A stretch of DNA of 63,864 nucleotides, the filler included, from Ministeria vibrans ATCC 50519 (taxonomy: Eukaryota > Protista > Filasterea), in NCBI GenBank assembly GCA_943704425.1. It is 12 parts of 12 records of this genome, joined end to end, with 100 filler letters (N's around TTAATTAATTAA, not from the genome) between each part and the next. Parts side by side here need not be neighbours in the genome. Positions count along the whole stretch, not along the records: positions 52,366 to 60,563 come from CALSCP010001698.1; positions 60,664 to 62,087 come from CALSCP010000766.1; positions 62,188 to 63,864 come from CALSCP010002224.1; 9 more parts are not named here. One strand, given 5' to 3'. Below are positions 55,340 through 63,864 of the stretch, in pieces. Each line of letters opens with the position of its first letter. The first letter of the stretch is position 1. Position numbers and translations under genes: made by a program. Below the pieces are notes generated by a model. It was not told where the DNA came from and did not search any database. It saw nothing but the letters and a program-made list of their open reading frames with translations.

Positions 55340-58300
55340 TTGGTGCAGTTGTTGCTGCTTCTTGGCATCCTTCTTCTTCTTGCGCTCCAGTGCTTCCTTC
55401 TCTTTGCGCTCGACAAACTCCTTCTTGCGCAATGTCTTGGCTGTGTCCGCCTTAAGTTGTGCTGCAGTCTGTGCGCGCTGAAGGCCATCCGTACGCCCAT
55501 GAGCTTGGGTCGAGGCCACGGAAGACGGTGTCGTCTTGGCGGGAGTCGCCTCAGGCAACACGGAGTGGACAGCAGTGTCGATTGGAATCGGTTTCCACAG
55601 GTCTGCCGAGGTGTTAGCCGTCGTGTCAAAACTGCCACTGGCATTGCTGCTGCTCGGTAGTGAAAATCCACCCCAGGTATCGGTCATGAACTTGCTCGGA
55701 GTGAGCTGCGGCAAGGGAGTCACCTGCACTGCAGTGGCAGACTGATGGTTGCCAATGGTCGTACCAGAGGATGCGACAGTAGAAGTGTTGCCACTACCAG
55801 CACTACTACTATTACTACTACTGGTCGTATTCGCACTGCCGGTGGTCTTCCTGCCCAGAAGATAGTCCAGAGCATCGTCGAAGTGTGAGTAAGTCATGAT
55901 AGCACGCATGGCACGCTCCACTGCGTAACCCATCGTGCACAATTGGTCGACATCGCGACGCTGGCGGGAGGACATTTGGCGAGCAAACGACATCAACTGC
56001 AAATCGCCCTCGAGTCCCATTGTCACATCTCGCTCGTCATTCTCGGGTGCCAGAGCTGCAATACCAACCGTACCGGGATGAACATGGTTGCCGCCCGATG
56101 ACGATTGTGCAACACCAGAAATCGCAGCAGCAGCAGATCGTTCGCGAGCGTGAGACAACGAAATAGCAGGCGCTGCAGGCGAAAATGACGTCGCCGAATG
56201 GGTCGCGGTTGAAGCAACTTCGGGAGCTTTCGGCTGAGCGGGACGATGCGAAAGTGACAAAGGTGCAGCGTTGCGAGGAGGCAACGCGTCGACAGACGAG
56301 AAAGGCGACTGAGAAGCAGGGCGAGGAGGAGAGGAGGTGGGGTACGAGGGAGGAGTGGGGGCAAAGCCCTGAGAAGGAGGTGGCATAGATGATGGATGCC
56401 CATAGGGGTACATGGTGGAGAGAGCATAAGGATTGCCCATCCCAGGTGGAGGACGAGGGTAAAACTGATGTTGTTGTGCCATCTGCTGGAACATCTGTTG
56501 TTGTGTTGTTGTTGGTGTTGTTGTTGGTGTTGTTGTTGTTGTTGCTGCTGCTGCTGTTGTTGTTGTTGTTGCGCATACACTTGCTGCTGGTGCTGCAGTT
56601 GACGTTGATGGTCGAGCTCCATTTGCTTCTGATGAAACATCATGCGATCTCGCTCATGGATTTGAGCGCGCATTTGTTCTTGTTGCTGTTGGAATTGTTG
56701 TTGTTGTTGTTGTTGATGTTGTTGATGTTGCTGTTGTTCTTGATAAAATTGTTGCTGTTGCGCATCCTGAAGTGGAGTCAGGCCAGGGGGCGCAGTGGGA
56801 GTCAAGGCAGCGTGTGGCATGGTCACTTGGGATGATGATGGTGCAGTGGCACGTGAATCAATAACCGTCGCTTCGATGGCTGTAGGAGTACCATCGTCAT
56901 TGGCAGGCATGTCCAAATGCGAGCTCGGTATCACTTCAGACACAATGGCCACTGGAACCTTGTCCAAGCTTGCGTCCAATACTGTCACTTGCTCCACAGC
57001 CTCGTCGACTTGCTTCTCCTCAATCGACTCCGCTACTTCCAGCTCATTATCCTCCTCCTCCTCCTCCTCCTCCTGTTCCTCCTCCTCATCCTCCTCCTCC
57101 TCCACCACCTCCTCCTCCTCCTGTTCCTCCTCTCCCTCTTTGCCTTCCATGGCAAAAAAGCGCTCCATTTCGGCAATGAGTTGCTCCTCGCTCATGGCAA
57201 CGTCGAGTCGCTCGCCCTCGCCCTCGAGGGAGTTCTGCAGGAGAGTCGAAGTGGCCACAGAGGGCGAGGTCACCGCAAGAGACGAGTTGGGTGGCTCAGA
57301 TTTGGCCTGTGTGAGTCCCGGAGGAAAAGAAGGAGTGGCAGGCGCAGCCAAAGGAGAAGCGACTGTTGGAGACGATGACGCGTCACCGTCGGCCTCAGAC
57401 TGACCGAGTATACGCAAACGAGCACGTTGTGCAGCACCCTCTGCAGTCCAAGTGGACAGGGACGGTTCCAAGGGGGTCTTGGAAGGCGAAGACGGCGTAG
57501 ACGGAGCAGAAGAGGTGGAGTTGGGCGGGGCGCTGGGTCCATTGCGAGACAGCCGAAACTCTTCATGGAGCAAATCGAGAGCACTCGAGTAGTTGTTGTT
57601 GGTCGAATCCAGGGCGGCCGTGGCCTTTTCGGGCGGAAAGCCCAAGTTTACCAATTGACGCAGTTTGCTGTTGCGAAGTGCCTCAGCCGGATCCAAGGGT
57701 GGTCCACGCTTCGCTTGCTGTTGCTGCTGGTACAGTTGTTGCTGGTGCTGAAAGTGACGTTCACGCTCGCGTTCGCTTGCCGACTGACCTCCCGCACGAG
57801 CACCACCACCAACCCCACGCGACTCCTTCTTCTTTTGCTTCACCTCCGTCCAATCGTCGTCGCCCTCGCGTTTGGTGTCGCGTGTGTCGCGCCTCGAAGT
57901 AACCGAGGGTGCGGTTGGAACATTCTTGGTACGACCACTGGTCAATGCTGCATAGGCGCTCAGTTGCAAATCATCAATCTCTTCGGCAACATCACTCTCC
58001 GAGTCAGACTCCACTTTGTCCGCGGCGTTAGCGACCGCTGCGGCCTCCACACTTGTCGACTGCTCTCCAGGGTTGCCCCCATCGAGAGCAGTCACATCGC
58101 CCTCAAGCTGTTCCCAATGATCCACGACATCGTCGTCGTTGTCGTCGTCGTCGACGACCGCGTCGCCCTCCTTCTCCACGTCCACCTGGTTGGCAGAGCT
58201 GACTGTCTCGCCATTCGTCTTCGAGTCAACAACAGCTGCAGCAAGCGTCGTCACTTCGGTCGACTTGCTACCACCGCCCCTCTTTCCGCCCTTTGACTTC

Positions 58301-60525
58301 TTCTTCTTCTTCTTCTTCGCCTGTTCTTCCTCCTCCTCGATGAGCTCCTTCGCCTTGCGATCCACAACCACCTGCGTGTGCTTTTGCAACAACACGACAA
58401 TGTCTTGGATGAGAGTTTGGAGTCGCTGACGCTCGCACTCCAGCTGCTCGGGACTCAAAAAATCACTATGCCCCAATGCCGGATGGTTTTGACGCTTCAA
58501 TACTGCCTCAATGGGCGTCAATCCGTCACTGTCCTTTTCCACCAAACACGGCTCGGCGCCCAGCTCAAGGAGAGCCTGTAAAAAGAAGAAAAAAAAATGA
58601 ATGGGGGGATGCAATGAGAAATTGTATTCTCAAATACCTCGATGCACTTTCTAGGATTGGATTCACAAATAGCAGCCAAGTGCAAGCATGTGCGACCATT
58701 CCATCGTCCCGACAGAAGGCGTGGGTGGTCAGCACAGAGTTGTCGCACACGAGTTTCGTCGTTGGCGGTGAGAGCCATTTCGAGCAGTGCTACGGGTCGG
58801 TCTTGGCGTTCCTTGTTCTCGTGCGCCGTCGACTGAGGTGCAGATGAGGAAGTGGAAGAAGCAGGAGTGGTAGTGGATGCAGCGCCCCCAACTTTTCTCT
58901 TGGGTATTAATGCGGAGGCAGTTGATGGCGCTACTTCTGTTGCTGTCGATGTTGCTGCCGATGTTGTTGCTGCTGTTTTGTCAGTGGTGATCGCAGTTGA
59001 CGATGGCGCGTCTGCTGTGGGGGTTTTGGTCGTGGACTTGGTCGCAATCACAGTGTCAGGTTTAGTCACAGGTTTAGGTTTGCTATCGGGCTTGGTCCCA
59101 CTGTTGGTTGAGGATGCGGTGAGGGCCAAGGCAGGGATGTTCATCTCTGCCAGGACCTCCTTGGCGGCTTCGCCAAAGTACGTCTCGGGTGAGAACCCAG
59201 CGCGGTGCACAGAGATACCACGGTCTTCGCGGCTGATAACGACACTAGAGAAGGTGGAGTCGCCAGTGAGGGGAGGGGGTACACGCGCCTCGCGTTGTTT
59301 CAGTTGCTGTTCCTTCTTCTTCAAAGCCTCGACGTAGGCCGCCTTCTGTTTGATGCGCACACTCAGGCCAGCCTCGTGGACGCGTCGGCGTTCATCGTAG
59401 AGCTCCCAGCCGACAGACTTGATCTGATAGGGTTCGTGGTCTGCGGCGGGGGTCACGGGAATGATGGAGGAGCCAGGAAAGGTGACGGAGGGAGCAGAGG
59501 GCAAGTTTGGAAAGGTCATGGCGTTGGAGGCGCCAGCGGGAACGGGCATCATCGTGTTTGATTTGGGGTCAACAATAAATCGCATGCCGGTGACAGTCTT
59601 TGACTTTGTTGTAGCTGAGTTGGAACTTGTCGCGGGCGATTGCGATGTGGCAATTTCGATAGCAGTGGCGATGGAGTCGTCTGCGTTGGTTGGTGTGTCG
59701 CTGGGCGCGTTCAGTTGGGTGACAGTTGAGGTGAAGGTGGTGACGGGAAGCATAGCGCGTGCTTGAGAGCAAGGGACGGGTCGGAGGAGAGGAGATTCGC
59801 CGGTGGGCGGCAGGCGAGCCTTGTGCTCTGCAAGCAGATGGTTGAGCTCGTCGTCGGAGGCAGCGCCCTTGGCAACGGCGTCTTTTAATGCAACCGCAGC
59901 CTGTACCGGCGTGACCTCCCAATCTTGAATGGTCGAGGCGGTGCGTGCGTCAGAGGCACGCGGATGCGAACACACAAGCATATTGAAGTAGTCTTCGACA
60001 GGCGTCTCAAGAGCGCAACCCATTGCCTTGCCGTGGTGTGCACGCGCAATCGCTGAGAAGTGCACAAGTGCCTCACCCTTGAAGTTTCCCGTTGCTGAAG
60101 CCATGTGAAAGGCGGGAGCGACGCGCTGCAATAGTGAGAAGGGAGAGAAAGAACAAAAGTGTGTGAGTGAGTGCGAGAGACAACTAATATAGAGAGAGAG
60201 CGAGAGAGGAAGGAGAAAGAACAAAGTGATGGAGAGAGAGAGGAGAGAGAATGAACACAGTGATGGAGGGCGAGGAGGGAGAAAGAACAGAGTGTGGTTG
60301 AGAAAGAGAGAGAGAGAGAGAAGAGAGATCGAGAGAGAAGTGGTATGAGAAAAAAAAAACGCAATGAAAACAAGGGAGAACAAAAAAGACAAGAGGTTGT
60401 GGGAGTCAAGGGTAGGGGGTGTGGTGGTGGAGAAATACCTTGTAAGCGGCAGTGATTTGATCGATGGAAGCATCTTGAGAGAGGCCAAGCAGCGACCAGG
60501 GATTGTCGAGATCCTCCACGTCCAT
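54647..60525 (-). CDS. Large multidomain protein: J-like domain, ankyrin repeat, UBA, acidic and polyQ regions, second UBA, C-terminal CCCH zinc finger; one frameshift near 56505
   Basis: NPWSLLGLSQDASIDQITAAYK|RVAPAFHMA; GRTCLHLAA...LLELGA...DGLTP; QLVNLGFPPEKATAALDSTNNNYSSALDLL; QLCTMGY...ALDYLL; CFSFLNRGSCNKGHACSYSH. Confidence 0.75.
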
Positions 60526-61081
60526 GGCACAGGTGGTGGTGGTGGTGGTGGTGAGGGGGGGGGNNNNNNNNNNNNNNNNNNNNNNNNNNNNNNNNNNNNN
60601 NNNNNNNTTAATTAATTAANNNNNNNNNNNNNNNNNNNNNNNNNNNNNNNNNNNNNNNNNNNNAGAAGAAAGAAACAAAGTGATAGAGAGAGAAGAAAGA
60701 AACAAAGTGATAGAGAGAGAAGAAAGAAACAAAGTGATAGAGAGAGAAGAAAGAAACAAAGTGATAGAGAGACAGTATGAGAGTGTGAGAGAGTAAGAGA
60801 GTATGGGTGTGGGGTTGTTAGAGTCTTTGAGTCTGAGTGCGTGTCCGTTAGAGTGAGAGCACTCTCAGTAGCAGTTAGAGCGAGCTTGAGTAGTGTACTG
60901 TTTCTCTCTCCATGGTCTCTCTATATCGTGTTACCACTTGTGCCTTGTCAAACGCCGAATCAAATCTCCCCATTAGTTTCAGTGCCGCGACTGCACAAAA
61001 TGTCGATCCGCCTTCAAAATATACACGGGTCACAAATTAAAGAAATAAATTAATGACTCGAGTATATTGAAGGGGGTGTAC

Positions 61082-62035
61082 CGTGAGATTCCTCGCCTGG
61101 TCCTTGAGCAATCCCATAGTCATAACCCTAAGGAGGATGACAGTGTCGACTTGGCGCACTCCACACACACCGAATGGTCCCTTACCATTGACTGTTGAAT
61201 GTACGAGACGGCCCGATCGCAGTCCATTCCGGAAAAGTCATTGAGCATGTACGAGACGGCTGCGGCACAATAGAGAAAGCGCATGTCACTCTCGCTTGGG
61301 TCGGGAGTGCACTGGAAACTGCAAACCCAAAAACAAGGCACTTGAGCAATGCACAGCGGCCGTGCTCTCCCTGTGGTACCTTCCATTTGGAAGCTGAAGG
61401 TCTTTTAGAGAGGAAATGACGTATTGACGGTCGACGCGTGATAAGTCGTCGCCAAGAATGAGGAGGAGACAGAGCGCGGTGTACGTCATGGCGATGTGGC
61501 CGCAGTCGCTGTGGGGTGCGACCGACTGTTGCTTGGCGCAGCTGCAGTTGAACGGATTGCCCACAAAAGGCGATCCGCGGAACCCCCCACGCCGTTCCAT
61601 GGATCCTACAGCGCGCGAGAGAGTCAGTAGGCGGCGGTGGCGAGAGTAAGAGCAGAGACTCGGACCAAAGTCTTGTTCGGATTCGCGAACCACTTGTTGC
61701 GAGTAGATCCAGTCGATGAGCTTTGCTTTGTCCTCCGCCGTGTACATGGTGTCCAGACTACCAAGTAGATCCAGGCCAGAGATGCAGAAAAAGGCAATGG
61801 TCATTCTGTGTGGAGAGACAGTTTCAAAAGTGGACTCAAAACCCAACGTAGAGCCAACGAGCCGATGGCAGCAAGCGAGAAGCCCCGACAACATTAAGCA
61901 ACGTGTGTGTGTGTGTGTGTCGTACCTGCTTGTCTCCAGCGATGCATATCGTTCGGGAATCATCGTCAGACACAATTTGAAATATTTGGCATGTCGCTTG
62001 TACGCAATGCCGTCGTCTTCGGTAGTGTCGGTCAT
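61082..62035 (-). CDS. PGGT1B: Geranylgeranyltransferase type I beta subunit, 5' part
   Basis: RHAKYF, RMTIAFFCISGLDLL, GGFRGS, GHIAMTYTAL, ESDMRFLYCAAAVS, GIAQGPGEESHG. Confidence 0.93.
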
Positions 62036-62187
62036 TGTACGAGTGAATGTGTGTGTGTAAAAAAAAAAAAAAAAAGGGGGGGGGGGGNNNNNNNNNNNNN
62101 NNNNNNNNNNNNNNNNNNNNNNNNNNNNNNNTTAATTAATTAANNNNNNNNNNNNNNNNNNNNNNNNNNNNNNNNNNNNNNNNNNNN

Positions 62188-62801
62188 CCTGTGCAAACGA
62201 AGACGGCGAAACAGCCGCGGCTCTTGTGGCTTCGCTGATGAATGCAGGTGTCGATCCGACAGTTGAGGCACATGAGGATGCGACGACGACTACAGCAGCA
62301 GCAACAGCAAGTGGTGTTGTGGCCTACTCAGTAGCAAAGACCAAGGCCGCGCGTGATGCAATGCGACGACACATGGCACGCCACCCGGACGCGTGTGATT
62401 GGGCGCGCGCCAAGGTTCCCGGTCCACTTACGGTCGAGATGGAGGAGGCGGCGCGCGAGAAGGAGCGGGCACGCAAGCAGCGTTTGAAACAGGCTAAGCA
62501 ACGACGAGAGCAGCGCGCGCGCGAAGAAGCCGAGATGATTCACCGACAAGAGGAGGAGGCCAAGAAGGCGGGTCGACCCGGTGAGACGGATGTGCAGCGA
62601 AAGCAGCGCGAGGCTCGTGCGGCCGCTGCATTGAAGCGACTTGGGCCGGCGGGAGTGGCAACAGGAGGTGCACCTGTGTACACGTGTGACGCGTGTGGGA
62701 ACACCCTCGCACCAGGTGAGATTCCCTTTGAGCGGCTCACCTATCAGTACTGTTCCGTCGTGTGTGTGCGGGAGCATCGCGAGCGGCTCGATAGACAGTA
62801 G
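62188..62801 (+). CDS. ANKZF1: ANKZF1/Vms1, 3' part (coiled coil plus VATC treble clef)
   Basis: HPDACDWARAKVPGPLTVEME and CDACG...PFERLTYQYCSVVCVREHR. Confidence 0.85.
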
Positions 62802-63085
62802 CAAGTGTACATAATTATAGTAACAATTATCATAATACTAAATTATTATTATTATTATTTTTATTATTATTATATTGAACTCAAGTGCCTTTCGTTGTAT
62901 ACAAGGCCAACAGAAGACTCTTGGTTTGCATTTCATTTTTTTTTTGGAAGTCCTAAAACAAAAGCTTCTGGTGGTCAGTGAGAGATCTACAAGAACTTGC
63001 ACCCCGCAGGTGCTTTTCCTCTCTCTACTCGTCTCTCTCTACTCGTCTCTCTCTGCCGTCTCTCTATCACTCTTAGGACACACTC

Positions 63086-63350
63086 CTCCCCATGTGAAAT
63101 AGTGTGTTCCACTGCGGAGGGGCGCCACTGAAAAGCAACACGTTGCATGCAGTACTACACTTCGACTTGATATTTCGTATTTACCACTCTACTTTTCTAG
63201 TATTACGTATATTTTTCGCGTAATAGATAGTATGAAGTTCCCTGAATTAAATATATATTTTCACCTTATATCACTTATAAAATTTATGTAATACTTTAAA
63301 TTACGTATTAGACGAAATATGTACAAATATAATCGTTGGAACAGCTTAAT
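63086..63350. repeat. GC-rich cap plus AT-rich spaced-motif module, copy C (uninterrupted)
   Basis: CTCCCCATGTG...TTCCACTGCGGAGGGGCGCCACTGA (matches 17597-17639), then TTCGC (63215-63219), GAAATA (63314), ACAGCTTA (ends 63348). Confidence 0.65.
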
Positions 63351-63424
63351 TTTATCATATTCATGAAATATGAGAACGAAAAGAAATGGGCAACAAAGAG
63401 CCTCAGAGATAAAGAATGTGTGTG

Positions 63425-63492
63425 ACTGAGAGTCTTAAGGATGTTGGCTTGTCAATGAAAGTCATCTGAACGTTTAAACAATTTAAAAAAAG
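63425..63492 (+). mobile_element. 3' end remnant of LINE family R2
   Basis: GACTGAGAGTCTTA...ATGTTGGCTTGT-CAATGAAAG...CTGAA-GTTTA followed by an A tract; matches the terminus of the element at 17651-18705. Confidence 0.75.
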
Positions 63493-63598
63493 GGGGTGTT
63501 TTTTTTTTGAAACCCTAGGGATGAAAGTTGAAATTTAACAAGTTGTGTGTGTAGGCGCCTGTGTGTGAACAAAAAAAAACAGAGATGGAAAGAATCAC

Positions 63599-63671
63599 TT
63601 TTTTTTTAGGAAATCCTAGGGCATAAACTTCATTGTACAAGACAATCTAATCATCGCTTCACCCTTGCATG
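63599..63671 (-). mobile_element. Retroelement 3' tail, family R1 (shorter stubs near 3773, 62935, 63498, 63701)
   Basis: Reverse complement reads GGGTGAAGC...TAGATTGTCTTGTACAATGAAG-TT-TGCCCTAGGA-TTCC then an A tract. Confidence 0.8.
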
Positions 63672-63762
63672 AGCCAAAGCGGATATTCCGAGAGACATTA
63701 TTTTTTTGGAAGTCCTAGGGCAAAAATTCCGAGACTTCCATGCAGAGCCATTTATTTACCCA

Positions 63763-63848
63763 TGCGGGGGTGAAGCAGCCGCTTCGGATGGCTAGATTGT
63801 CTTGTACAATGAAGCTTTTGCCCTAGGACTTCCAAAAAAAAAAAAAAA
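63763..63848 (+). mobile_element. Retroelement 3' tail, family R1, with poly(A) and 13-bp TSD
   Basis: Direct repeat ATTTATTTACCCA at 63750-63762 and 63849-63861 flanks about 70 bp plus poly(A). Confidence 0.88.
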
Positions 63849-63864
63849 ATTTATTTACCCAAGG

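Overview
Eukaryotic, intron-containing, very gene-dense draft genome. It is probably a flagellated heterotrophic protist (IFT56, CFAP91 and CCDC96 are present); the lineage cannot be determined from this window. The window is not contiguous: 12 contigs are joined by 11 artificial 100-nt spacers (N44-TTAATTAATTAA-N44), so gene neighbourhoods only hold within a contig. About 30 spliced genes or gene fragments are recognisable, several of them missed by the ORF track. Highlights: (1) a three-exon selenoprotein W gene with an in-frame UGA (CxxU) and a well-formed SECIS element. (2) A diverged AT-rich module with motifs at conserved spacing, found in three contigs and each time surrounded by 5'-truncated, poly(A)-tailed non-LTR retroelement pieces of two families, two with clean target-site duplications; this suggests targeted integration. 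(3) A GKRP/MurQ-like etherase with the active-type signature, lying between STT3 and aspartylglucosaminidase. (4) Unusual proteins: an LRR-TM-TKL receptor kinase, an EGF array with paired extra cysteines, an ankyrin array varying at binding-surface positions, and a J-like/ANK/UBA/polyQ/CCCH protein. All family assignments come from motif recognition by eye; no database searches were run.
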